Shown: positions 9,538-18,009, counted from the first letter of the stretch. The stretch is 42,136 bases of DNA from Sulfurovum sp. (GCA_020726085.1 DYTG01000002.1:1-42136); one strand, 5' to 3'. Program-made: numbers and translations. The notes: generated by a model from the sequence alone, not told the origin.

Positions 9538-10134
9538 ATGTTAGTGACAAAAAAAGCTCCAGATTTTACAGCAACCGCCGTATTGGCAAACGGTTCAATT
9601 GTAGAGAATTTTAATCTTTATGAAAATTTAGGCTCAAAGGGTGCGGTGCTCTTCTTCTATCCACTTGATTTTACTTTTGTATGCCCATCTGAAATTATTG
9701 CCTTTTCGCACAGAATTGAAGAGTTTGAATCAAGAGGTGTCAATGTTATTGGTTGTTCGGTTGATTCTCAATTTAGCCACTTTGCATGGAGAGAGACTCC
9801 TGTAGAAAAAGGCGGGATTGGCAAAATCAAATATCCACTTGTAGCCGATTTGAACAAACAAATCTCAAGAGATTACGATGTGCTTTTTGGTGAGTCTGTA
9901 GCCCTTAGAGGAAGCTTTTTGATTGATGCTGATGGTACTATTCGACACGCTGTAATCAATGATTTGCCACTAGGAAGAAACATCGATGAGATGATTAGAA
10001 TGGTTGATGCAATGCAATTTACCAACGAACACGGTGAAGTATGTGCTGCAGGTTGGCAAAAAGGCGATGAGGGCATGAAAGCCTCAACAGAGGGCGTAGC
10101 GGAGTATCTTGCTAAACACGAAAAAGATCTGTAA
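9538..10134 (+). CDS. ahpC: typical 2-Cys peroxiredoxin (alkyl hydroperoxide reductase C / TsaA)
   Basis: 198-aa ORF with the peroxidatic Cys motif FYPLDFTFVCPSEI and the resolving Cys in GEVCAAGW. Confidence 0.93.
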   Translation: MLVTKKAPDFTATAVLANGSIVENFNLYENLGSKGAVLFFYPLDFTFVCPSEIIAFSHRIEEFESRGVNVIGCSVDSQFSHFAWRETPVEKGGIGKIKYPLVADLNKQISRDYDVLFGESVALRGSFLIDADGTIRHAVINDLPLGRNIDEMIRMVDAMQFTNEHGEVCAAGWQKGDEGMKASTEGVAEYLAKHEKDL

Positions 10135-10145
10135 GATAGATTGCT

Positions 10146-10175
10146 TTTCCAATGCACACAACTTTGCATTGGAAA
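10146..10175 (+). promoter_or_regulatory. 11-bp-stem inverted repeat between ahpC and the Fur-family gene
   Basis: TTTCCAATGCA (10146-10156) pairs with TGCATTGGAAA (10165-10175) across an 8-nt loop. There is no downstream T-run. It ends 12 nt before the regulator ATG, next to its GGGAGA RBS. Confidence 0.4.
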
Positions 10176-10187
10176 GTGGGAGAAACA

Positions 10188-10601
10188 ATGAAAGATTACG
10201 AAAGCCTACTTAAGACACATGGACTCAAAAGTACATTTCAACGAGTCAGTATCATAAAAGCCATTGATAAAGCAGGGCATATGAGCATTGATGATATTTA
10301 CAAAGAGATTGTTGTCTATCACTCCTCTATCTCGTTGGCTACGGTTTACAAAAATATATTAACAATGAAAGAACTGGGCTTGGTAGTCGAAGTTCCCATC
10401 GCCAATGCCAAATCCAAATATGAACTTATCAAAAACGACCATATTCACTTCATTTGTCAAAAATGCGGCAGTATTGAAGATAAACCAATCACCGCCAAAA
10501 TTCAACATTTTTTTGAAGAGTTGGTAGCTCAAGATGCGTTTAAACTTCTCTCTACTCAAAACAATCTCTACGGAATATGTCACCGTTGTCATACTTCCTA
10601 G
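10188..10601 (+). CDS. Fur-family transcriptional regulator (PerR-like by context)
   Basis: I chose the ATG at 10188 after a GGGAGA RBS. It has a winged-helix N-terminus (TFQRVSIIKAI...HMSIDDIY...ISLATVYKNI) and a C-terminal Zn site (CQKCG...CHRCH). It lies immediately downstream of ahpC. Confidence 0.8.
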   Translation: MKDYESLLKTHGLKSTFQRVSIIKAIDKAGHMSIDDIYKEIVVYHSSISLATVYKNILTMKELGLVVEVPIANAKSKYELIKNDHIHFICQKCGSIEDKPITAKIQHFFEELVAQDAFKLLSTQNNLYGICHRCHTS

Positions 10602-10614
10602 ACTTCTTCTTGCT

Positions 10615-13197
10615 TTAATAAAACTCCAATGGATTGTACTCTATATAGGTTGGTAGCGAATAGTTTGGCACATTGTCGTAACTAAATACCGAGTAGTACT
10701 TTCTTTTGTCAAGTGAGCCAAAATTGTCGTAGGTATAGGTATCTTTTCCTCCGTAAATTTTCACTCCATCGGAGAAGTTTTTAGGTACATGAAAGCTGTT
10801 GCGTACGACATAATAGCCTACTAAATCGTTGTGTTCAACTTCGTCCCATGTGAGCTTCACTAAGCCATTGACTTTGGTAATTTTGACATTTTGCACGGGG
10901 TCAAGAGGTTTTCGTCTTCGGTTGATATATTTGAGTTGAAGCTCTACATGGTTGTCCCATTTGAGTATTCTATCTTTTATTTTGTTATCGGGCGAAGTGG
11001 CTTTGATGGCAAGTTTGAGCGTTTTACCCTCTTTGTGTAGATTGCTTAGTGTCATTTTGGAGAGCGTATCAAATATAAAGTAGTTATCGTTTTTGAGAGT
11101 CAAATCACTTTCGGCTACCTCATAACCGATATACTCAATCTTATCACGATGCCTAATATCATCATAACTTGTGACACTATCAACCTCAATAAGCTCGACA
11201 TAGTAGCGTGTATCTCGATTTTTTTTGAAGCTGTTTTTGTTTTTGATTTTCAAAATAGCCGAGGTAATGATATGGGTCTCATACTGGGGCATAGCATCAA
11301 GATTGAACTCCATATAGCCATAAACCCTATCGCTATTGGCATCAAAACCACTCGTAAGAGATTCTGCAATCCCCTCTTTGGATATGCTAAGCATTCGATT
11401 GGGCGTTAGGGCAATACGACTCTCTTGAATGGTGTATTTAATATCAAGCATCGGACGATAGTGAATCCCTCCACCAAAGCGACCGTACCCCATATCAAAT
11501 TGCATGATTTGCGAATCCTCTCCATCGGGCAAAGTTTTGGGGCCATCGATGCGAAAATGTACCTTTTTTTTGGCAATTTGGGCTTGAAGCAGTTGGCATT
11601 CATGTTTGGAAAACTGCCAAACGTTCCAAATCCCTTGGGTGAGATTGTGTGATTCAATGGCATTTCCTACCGTGCCTGTCACTTTGGCGTGAATTACTTC
11701 ATCGTAATCTGTAATCTCCCCAAAGCTTTCGCTATCCAAAATAGAGGCATTCCACTCTCCGTATTTTTCTATTTTAGCACCCACACGATTCATAGGATAG
11801 AGATAGAGCTTAGCCGATTTGATGGTGGCGTGGTTGGATGGAATAGTATCCAAACCAAAACTAATCACGCTACAACATATCCCTTTGGCATGGCTAATAC
11901 CCGCAAAGAGTGAATTTTCACCAAAATGGGAACGATTTTGCTCTTTTGAATTCTCACCCAAATAGCCCGTTTCGCTCTTAGAAGCAAAGATAATCTTATA
12001 AAACTCATCATTTTCCAACCTCGTACGCACTTTGACGACGGGTGCAAAAGGGGATTTGTAACCGCTCTTTTTATTGACTGCACGTAGGGTATAAAAGTAG
12101 GGTGTAGCAGAGTTGAGATTGGAATCCTCATAATGTTTTTCGCCTACAATAGCGATACAAGTACGCTCATTGCACGCATCTTTGTCTTGTGTGCTTCGAT
12201 AGATTTCAAAATAAATGCCGTCTCGAATCTCGTAATCCCACGCAAGTGAGACACCGTTGAAAGTAACGTTATCAATTGTGAAATTATCCACTCGCTTGGG
12301 TGCATTGTGCGAATAGTTAATGACCTCTGAAAATACCATTTTAAGAGCTGGGATATTCTCTTTGATAGAGGAACTCATGCTTTTCATATAGTCTGGAATA
12401 TTTTTCGTACCCACCTCTACGACGGTTGCAATAATGCCTTTGGAGTAGTAGTACTCTCTCCCGCTTCCCGAAATAAGTGCTGCGGGCGGTTTGCCTCGAT
12501 GAATGCCATATCGTCGTCCTGTCACTTTGTGTATCTCGTCGTTCATATTGGCACACAAAACATTCATATCGGTTCCATCAATTTCGGCTTCATGTTTGAA
12601 TTTGTGTGCGGGAAAAAAGACGTTGCCTTGCGAGTGGTAATCAAAGGCGATAGTGATATTGGGATGAGTATCAACAAAGGCTTTGATAGCTTGGGTTTCG
12701 GCTTCTGAAAAAGGATGCTCTCCGCCGTAAACATTGGAGCTAGTACTGCTCTCTTTTTTGAATCCTATAGAGAAGTTGCGATTGAGATCAACTCCAATAG
12801 TGCCGTCGTGATTGGGGCGGCGGTTTTTACGCCAAAAAGAGAAGTGCTTCCTTGAGTACTCGTATCCATCAGGATTGAGACAAGGCACCATATAAATAGT
12901 GGCCTCATCAAGAGATTTTTCAAGTACGGGGTCAATGTGTTGATTTTTGGCGACAAATAACATAAAATCAAGGGCTAATTCATTGCCAATCCACTCTCTA
13001 GCGTGAATGCTTCCTGTGTAGAGCATGGCGGGTTTGGTATCGGCTTTGGAGACATTTTGAGACATTTTTGCTAAAACAATGTCTCTTTTTTCGTACGTTT
13101 GACCAATTTTGATGATTTCAATGAGATTGGGGTAGTTTTTTTGTAGATTGTAAAGCGTCTCTAGGCTCTCTTGATAGGAACGGTATTGATTTTTCAT
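10615..13197 (-). CDS. large cytoplasmic M14-family zinc carboxypeptidase with FN3-like modules
   Basis: 860-aa ORF. The N-terminal M14 domain has YTGSIHAREWIGNE, NPDGYEYS and DYHSQGNVFFP. FN3-like segments occur around residues 300-395 (VDNFTIDNVTFNGVSLAWDY...YFYTLRAVN) and 765-860 (VQNVKITKVNGLVKLTWDEV...YYSVFSYDN). There is no hydrophobic signal sequence at the N-terminus. Confidence 0.85.
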   Translation of the reverse strand: MKNQYRSYQESLETLYNLQKNYPNLIEIIKIGQTYEKRDIVLAKMSQNVSKADTKPAMLYTGSIHAREWIGNELALDFMLFVAKNQHIDPVLEKSLDEATIYMVPCLNPDGYEYSRKHFSFWRKNRRPNHDGTIGVDLNRNFSIGFKKESSTSSNVYGGEHPFSEAETQAIKAFVDTHPNITIAFDYHSQGNVFFPAHKFKHEAEIDGTDMNVLCANMNDEIHKVTGRRYGIHRGKPPAALISGSGREYYYSKGIIATVVEVGTKNIPDYMKSMSSSIKENIPALKMVFSEVINYSHNAPKRVDNFTIDNVTFNGVSLAWDYEIRDGIYFEIYRSTQDKDACNERTCIAIVGEKHYEDSNLNSATPYFYTLRAVNKKSGYKSPFAPVVKVRTRLENDEFYKIIFASKSETGYLGENSKEQNRSHFGENSLFAGISHAKGICCSVISFGLDTIPSNHATIKSAKLYLYPMNRVGAKIEKYGEWNASILDSESFGEITDYDEVIHAKVTGTVGNAIESHNLTQGIWNVWQFSKHECQLLQAQIAKKKVHFRIDGPKTLPDGEDSQIMQFDMGYGRFGGGIHYRPMLDIKYTIQESRIALTPNRMLSISKEGIAESLTSGFDANSDRVYGYMEFNLDAMPQYETHIITSAILKIKNKNSFKKNRDTRYYVELIEVDSVTSYDDIRHRDKIEYIGYEVAESDLTLKNDNYFIFDTLSKMTLSNLHKEGKTLKLAIKATSPDNKIKDRILKWDNHVELQLKYINRRRKPLDPVQNVKITKVNGLVKLTWDEVEHNDLVGYYVVRNSFHVPKNFSDGVKIYGGKDTYTYDNFGSLDKRKYYSVFSYDNVPNYSLPTYIEYNPLEFY

Positions 13198-13227
13198 TTT
13201 AATGTCCCATTTGTAAGTTTTGTGCGA

Positions 13228-13236
13228 ATTTTAACA
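13228..13236 (-). promoter_or_regulatory. candidate extended -10 promoter of the M14 gene (TGtTAAAAT on minus strand), part of the shared 15-mer
   Basis: The minus strand reads TGTTAAAATTCGCACAAA, 22-39 nt upstream of the M14 ATG. The 15-mer TTTGTGCGAATTTTA (13219-13233) recurs at 15814-15828. Confidence 0.4.
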
Positions 13237-13393
13237 TATAGAAGATTACATTCAAGTGATTTTGAGCATCTGCGATGCAAATTGAGACTCAGGCAAGATA
13301 TTTTTTCTCTTTTGAAAGCGACGGTATTGCTTCGTATCTTGGAGGAGGTCAAAGCCTCATCTCCTGTTGGTTATAAAATTATGGTATCTTCCC

Positions 13394-14818
13394 TTATTCA
13401 AGTTGGCTTTTGAACTTTTGCCAATTTTTATTGAGTTTTTCTGCCGTCTTGTCGTTAAACCATCTGAAGTTCTCTTCGAGGGCTTGGCACTTATCTTCCA
13501 AATCTTCAATAAGTTCTATCATGGAGAATTTTTCATTGATTTTTGCAAGTTTTTTATTACCAATTCCTTTGATTTCAAGCAACATGGCGTTGATTTTATC
13601 TTCTGTGATAGTAATCTCCTCATCCTCAACCTCTTGGGTTTCATCATAAGCTACGGCATCGGCAAGTGTAATGGGTACTTTCATTGTATCTTTGTAGTTG
13701 TCTTGAAAATTCCACTTGCGACTTGGCCACTCTTCAAACTCTCTATCGGTAGTGACAAGCATAGGAAAGAGTTTATCAAGATGATGGAGATAAAACTCCC
13801 CGCCCTCTGAATCGATACGCTTTTGATTCATAAAAAACTCCGCATCGTAGCTAGGGTTGTAGCGTCCAAAGGTGATGTATCGCAATGTACGTAATATGGA
13901 GCTATCCATCTTACCCAACTCCTCCCAGTTATACATCGGTATGTGAGGAAGCGGGAAGAGACCGTTGCTAAATTTGTGCATCAAATATTGTCCTATCCAA
14001 TCTCGAATATAAGGAAACGCCGCAAATGCCGTGGCACACTCTAATATTCTATACTTGCCATCTTTACCTACGGCTATATCACATGCCCAATACTCAGCGT
14101 TGGCAGATTTGGAGACTTTGACGGCTAAATCAAGCAGCTCTTTGGGTACTTTTTGATAATCCATCGTACCACCTTGAGAGGTATTAGTCAGCCATGCTCC
14201 CTCAGGCGGTCGTCGCCAAAAGGCACACACAGGTTTATGACCAATAAGCATCACCCGTACATCGGCATCCATGGGTACAAAATCTTGTATATAGATAGGA
14301 TAGTATTTTTTCTTGGCGAGTAAATCTTTGGCTTCAGCAATGGAATCGACTTTATGCACAAAGTAGCCTCCGTAGTTGGATGGACCGTAGCTTTTTTTGA
14401 TAATCTTTGGATAGCTTGTCGTCTCAATAAACTCATTGGCTTTGTTTCTATCGTAAAAGATATAGGTTTTGGGTACAGGAATGTCGTATTTCCATGCAAA
14501 ACGGGTTACGTTCTCTTTGGATTTGTTGGCAAATTGAGTATCAAGCGAGGGAATAAATTGCACATTGGGCAACTCTTTGGCAATCTCTCGAAAGGTCTCA
14601 TACGCCGTTGCGGGAATGTTGCCGACTAAAATATCAATTTTTTTGCGTTTGACTTCATTGATGAAGCGTTGTTTATCGTTTTTCCAGTGATAAACCACGC
14701 TCTCAATCTTATCTGGCCATCCTTGAAAGTTGGAATGGTCAAAAAATCTCAATACATAATCAAGGTATAAAAATCCTATTTTTGGCAGTTTGGATTTGGT
14801 TATTGCTTTTTGAGTCAC
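13394..14818 (-). CDS. ATP-grasp domain ligase with long acidic / HhH-like C-terminal extension
   Basis: 474-aa ORF. The ATP-grasp core resembles the RimK/GSH-synthetase type (YPKIIKKSYGPSNYGGYFVHKV, YIQDFVPMDADVRVMLIG, WLTNTSQGGT, ILECATAFAAFPY). The C-terminal ~170 aa are acidic (ETQEVEDEEITITEDK) and contain a helix-hairpin-helix-like segment, LLEIKGIGNKKLAKI. Confidence 0.75.
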   Translation of the reverse strand: MTQKAITKSKLPKIGFLYLDYVLRFFDHSNFQGWPDKIESVVYHWKNDKQRFINEVKRKKIDILVGNIPATAYETFREIAKELPNVQFIPSLDTQFANKSKENVTRFAWKYDIPVPKTYIFYDRNKANEFIETTSYPKIIKKSYGPSNYGGYFVHKVDSIAEAKDLLAKKKYYPIYIQDFVPMDADVRVMLIGHKPVCAFWRRPPEGAWLTNTSQGGTMDYQKVPKELLDLAVKVSKSANAEYWACDIAVGKDGKYRILECATAFAAFPYIRDWIGQYLMHKFSNGLFPLPHIPMYNWEELGKMDSSILRTLRYITFGRYNPSYDAEFFMNQKRIDSEGGEFYLHHLDKLFPMLVTTDREFEEWPSRKWNFQDNYKDTMKVPITLADAVAYDETQEVEDEEITITEDKINAMLLEIKGIGNKKLAKINEKFSMIELIEDLEDKCQALEENFRWFNDKTAEKLNKNWQKFKSQLE

Positions 14819-14833
14819 GTCTTATTTCCTTTG

Positions 14834-15733
14834 TTATTTTTGTGTTTTTCTATCGATTAGCTCTACTATAGCGTCTATTTTTCTATCGTTAAAATCCAAT
14901 CCCATCTCCTCTTGAGCGGGGGTTGCAAAAGCGGGGATACCGTTTACCTCTAGTACTACATACTCTTGTTTTTCTTGGTCATAGATAATATCGACACCGC
15001 CAATATCAATCTTGCAAATTTCACACGCTTTTATAGCCAAATTGACCACTTCGTCATTAGGCTCTCTTAAAAATACGCTTCCACCGCTTGTGACATTGGT
15101 ACGCCAATCGCTACCCCCAGCTCTTCTACCGTAACATCCAATAAATTTGCCATCTACTATATCAACCCGAAAATCGGTTTTATCGTATTGGATAAATTTT
15201 TCAACATAAAAAAATCGCAAATCCATTTGATTAAGAAAAGGTATGAGCATATCAAGTGCTGATTCATCTTCGATTTTGGTAAGCCCTACCCCACCCCATC
15301 CATCGGTTGGTTTATAGATTATTTTGTCCCATTTTTTGATGATTTTTCTAAGCTTATCGCTATCATCACGGTGACACAATTTAAAATCAGCCGTCGCTAC
15401 ACCGTGATTTCTAAGCAAAAATGAGGTTTGGAACTTATCTTCCGTGAGTGCAAAGGCTTCATAAGAGTTAATCATAGGAATGACACGGTTGAGTGCTTGA
15501 TACAAAAAAACTTGGTATTGAGTCTGTTCACCCGCATTGTAGGAGAAAAAAAGATCCAGTTTATCAAGCTTGACATCATTGTGGATAATGTGACCGTTTT
15601 TGCCAATAGCATGTCTCAGATTAATATCCGTAATCGCCTTAATATCTCTCTCTTGTAATTTTTTAATAAGCTTCTCTTGAACCTTATCACCGCCACTATT
15701 TGAATAGATCCACATACCAATTTTGCGTGACAT
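14834..15733 (-). CDS. RimK-family alpha-L-glutamate ligase-like ATP-grasp enzyme
   Basis: 299-aa ORF with IIYKPTDGWGGVGL, FYVEKFI, DFRVDIVDGKFIGCYGRR, DWRTNVTSGG, GGVDIIYD and VLEVNGIPAF. It lies 15 nt upstream of the second ATP-grasp gene on the same strand. Confidence 0.85.
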   Translation of the reverse strand: MSRKIGMWIYSNSGGDKVQEKLIKKLQERDIKAITDINLRHAIGKNGHIIHNDVKLDKLDLFFSYNAGEQTQYQVFLYQALNRVIPMINSYEAFALTEDKFQTSFLLRNHGVATADFKLCHRDDSDKLRKIIKKWDKIIYKPTDGWGGVGLTKIEDESALDMLIPFLNQMDLRFFYVEKFIQYDKTDFRVDIVDGKFIGCYGRRAGGSDWRTNVTSGGSVFLREPNDEVVNLAIKACEICKIDIGGVDIIYDQEKQEYVVLEVNGIPAFATPAQEEMGLDFNDRKIDAIVELIDRKTQK

Positions 15734-15813
15734 ATATAACTCCTACTTGTAGTTAAAGGTTTTTGTTTCCTTTTTGTAATTATAGCTTTAAAGGTGTAAA
15801 ACTCTCGCTCTTC

Positions 15814-15831
15814 TTTGTGCGAATTTTACAC
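15814..15831 (-). promoter_or_regulatory. candidate -10 promoter of the ATP-grasp operon (TGTAAAAT on minus strand) with shared 15-mer and an 8-bp inverted repeat partner
   Basis: The minus strand reads GTGTAAAATTCGCACAAAG. The 15-mer is identical to 13219-13233. GTGTAAAA (15794-15801) and TTTTACAC (15824-15831) form an inverted repeat with a 22-nt spacer. Confidence 0.4.
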
Positions 15832-15870
15832 TTTTTGGCTATAAATTAGCATAGCCTATAGTTATCAAAA

Positions 15871-15879
15871 TGTTATAAT
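15871..15879 (+). promoter_or_regulatory. candidate extended -10 promoter (TGtTATAAT) of the M20 peptidase gene
   Basis: TGTTATAAT lies 60 nt upstream of the ATG at 15940, in the divergent intergenic region. Confidence 0.35.
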
Positions 15880-15939
15880 CATTTCACATCATTTTTAGAG
15901 TAAAATAGCATTATTATTTTATTACAAAGGTGGTTTAAA

Positions 15940-17049
15940 ATGCAAAGGTTCGATTATACAAAATTGTCACAATTGATTGAGATTAACTCATGGACAAAAA
16001 ACAAAGTAGGGGTTGATCAAAACGGCACGATTATGGTTACATGGATGGAGTCGCTGGGGTTTGAAGTAGCACGTCACGCAAGAGAGGAGATTGGCGACCA
16101 TCTCCATTTTGTTTCACCCTCCAAAGAGGGCAAACGGTTGTTGCTTTTGGGGCATTTGGATACGGTTTTCCCACCTCAAAGCTTTGAAGGTTTTAGAGAA
16201 GATGAAGCGTGGATTTACGGTCCAGGGGTGTGCGATATGAAAGGGGGCAACATGATAGCCTTTCATGCACTTGAAAATTTGCATCATGAATTGGGAAGTC
16301 TTTACAATATCGATATGTTGCTTGTAAGCGATGAGGAGACGGGAAGCGACGATAGCAAACATCTCACAAGAGCGTTAGCCTCACGCTACGACTACTGCAT
16401 GGTCTTTGAGGCAGCGGGTATCCATGGGGAGGTAGTGGAAGCACGCAAAGGCGTAGGGACATTTTTTATTGATATTACAGGCAAAGCCGCACACGCAGGC
16501 AATCACTACATCGATGGGATTGATGCCAATGCCGAAGCAGCCTTAAAACTGCTAGAACTTAAAAAACTAACCGATCTTGCAAAAAGCACAACCGTCAATG
16601 TGGGCAAAATCGAAGGGGGAATTGGGGCTAATACCATCTCTCCTAGTGCCAAACTCACTTTTGAGCTTCGCTACACCTCTACCGATGAGCGTGATAGGGT
16701 ATTGCAACGGATAGACAAAATTGTAGCTACCTCTTACATAGAAGGGAGTGTTGCAACGCTAAGCGGAGGCATACAACGAGATGTCATGGAACCCAGCGAC
16801 AAACAAAGAGGATTTATTGCCAAAATCAATGAGCTTTGCAATATCAATTTACCAACAGAGAGAAGAGGCGGCGTAAGCGATGCCAATATCATCTCTTCCA
16901 GCGGTGTAGCCACACTCGATGGTTGGGGGCCTTTTGGCGATGGTGACCACACGATACACGAAAGAGCCTCAAAAGAGAGCTTTGATGAACGATTGCAATT
17001 GGTAACGGATATTTTACGACACTTTAGCCATGGAGCCTTTGAGCAATAA
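15940..17049 (+). CDS. M20-family metallopeptidase (carboxypeptidase G2 / glutamate carboxypeptidase-like)
   Basis: 369-aa ORF with LLLLGHLDTVFP, GPGVCDMKGG, LLVSDEETGS and a dimerisation lid region. There is no signal peptide. It is divergent from the ATP-grasp operon. Confidence 0.8.
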   Translation: MQRFDYTKLSQLIEINSWTKNKVGVDQNGTIMVTWMESLGFEVARHAREEIGDHLHFVSPSKEGKRLLLLGHLDTVFPPQSFEGFREDEAWIYGPGVCDMKGGNMIAFHALENLHHELGSLYNIDMLLVSDEETGSDDSKHLTRALASRYDYCMVFEAAGIHGEVVEARKGVGTFFIDITGKAAHAGNHYIDGIDANAEAALKLLELKKLTDLAKSTTVNVGKIEGGIGANTISPSAKLTFELRYTSTDERDRVLQRIDKIVATSYIEGSVATLSGGIQRDVMEPSDKQRGFIAKINELCNINLPTERRGGVSDANIISSSGVATLDGWGPFGDGDHTIHERASKESFDERLQLVTDILRHFSHGAFEQ

Positions 17050-17071
17050 ATCAATCTTAGCCATTTATTTA

Positions 17072-17080
17072 TGGTATAAT
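17072..17080 (+). promoter_or_regulatory. candidate extended -10 promoter (TGgTATAAT) for the MCE-domain gene
   Basis: TGGTATAAT lies 20 nt upstream of the TTG start. An AGGAG RBS is at 17091-17095. Confidence 0.35.
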
Positions 17081-17100
17081 ATTTTCATTTAGGAGTCGAT

Positions 17101-18009
17101 TTGTACAGCAAAGTAAACTATACAATTGTTGGATTTTTTGTTGTGTTGTTTACTCTTGCTTTGATAGCGTTTGCTTTTTGGCTTAGCAAAAAGGGGTTGG
17201 GCAAAGAATATACATACTATCAAACCCACATCAAAGAGTCTGTAGGTGGACTCTCTATCGACTCAGCTGTGAAACTAAGAGGGATTAATGTAGGGAGTGT
17301 AAGCGATATGTACATCGACTCCAATGATATTCAAAAAGTCATTGTAACGCTCAAAATCAATCAACACACCCCCATCAAAGAGGATATGGTCACCATCATC
17401 AAATCGCACGGAGTGACGGGACTCTCCTATATCGAAATCACGCAAGGGAGCAACGACTCCCAAGCACTACTCTCCAAAGATGGCGAAATGGCACTTATTG
17501 ACAACAAACCCTCACTCATTGAATCCTTTAGCAACAACATCGACCCTATCACCCACAATCTCAAACTTGCTATTGAGAAGTTCAATCAAACCCTCTCGCC
17601 CAAAAATATCGAAACGTTTTCGCAAATTTTGCAAAACATTGAGACTATGACACTCAAAGTGGTGACTATCGAAGAGCAGACAAACACCACACTTATAGCC
17701 ATTGAAAAGAGTGCCAACAAGATTGATACCACACTCAATCTTAATGAGATAAACACCTCACTACAACACCTTGCCAAAACATTAAAAGAGTACAATCTAC
17801 TCGCCCAAAATCTCAACCGTACCACCAAAGATTTTCACTACACCCTTCAAAGAGGCGATTATAACTTCAAAGATATATTCGAGCCTATCAAAGTCGATGT
17901 CAAAGAGAGTGCTTACAGCTTCCAAGAGTTGCTCTACTACCTCCAAAAACTCTCACGAAGCCCCGCTGACCTAATACAACGCCAAACACCCAAAAAGTTT
18001 GAGGAGTGA
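17101..18009 (+). CDS. MlaD/MCE-domain protein (outer-membrane lipid asymmetry type substrate-binding component)
   Basis: 302-aa ORF with a TTG start after an AGGAG RBS. It has an N-terminal TM (IVGFFVVLFTLALIAFAFWL), an MCE domain (GLSIDSAVKLRGINVGSVSDM...GLSYIEI) and a helical C-terminus. Confidence 0.75.
   Translation: MYSKVNYTIVGFFVVLFTLALIAFAFWLSKKGLGKEYTYYQTHIKESVGGLSIDSAVKLRGINVGSVSDMYIDSNDIQKVIVTLKINQHTPIKEDMVTIIKSHGVTGLSYIEITQGSNDSQALLSKDGEMALIDNKPSLIESFSNNIDPITHNLKLAIEKFNQTLSPKNIETFSQILQNIETMTLKVVTIEEQTNTTLIAIEKSANKIDTTLNLNEINTSLQHLAKTLKEYNLLAQNLNRTTKDFHYTLQRGDYNFKDIFEPIKVDVKESAYSFQELLYYLQKLSRSPADLIQRQTPKKFEE

Noticed and set aside
10615-13197. The M14 protein as the cell-shape peptidoglycan carboxypeptidase Csd4/Pgp1
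   Set aside because: Those enzymes are about 440-460 aa and exported. This one is 860 aa, has no signal peptide, carries FN3-like modules and is linked to cytoplasmic ATP-grasp ligases. I kept it as a generic M14 pending a proper alignment.
13367-13810. 147-aa plus-strand ORF (and the 79-aa ORF at 13410-13649) antisense to the long ATP-grasp gene
   Set aside because: It lies entirely inside a well-supported minus-strand CDS. It has a low-complexity hydrophobic translation, no RBS and no motifs. It is a typical shadow ORF in AT-rich DNA.
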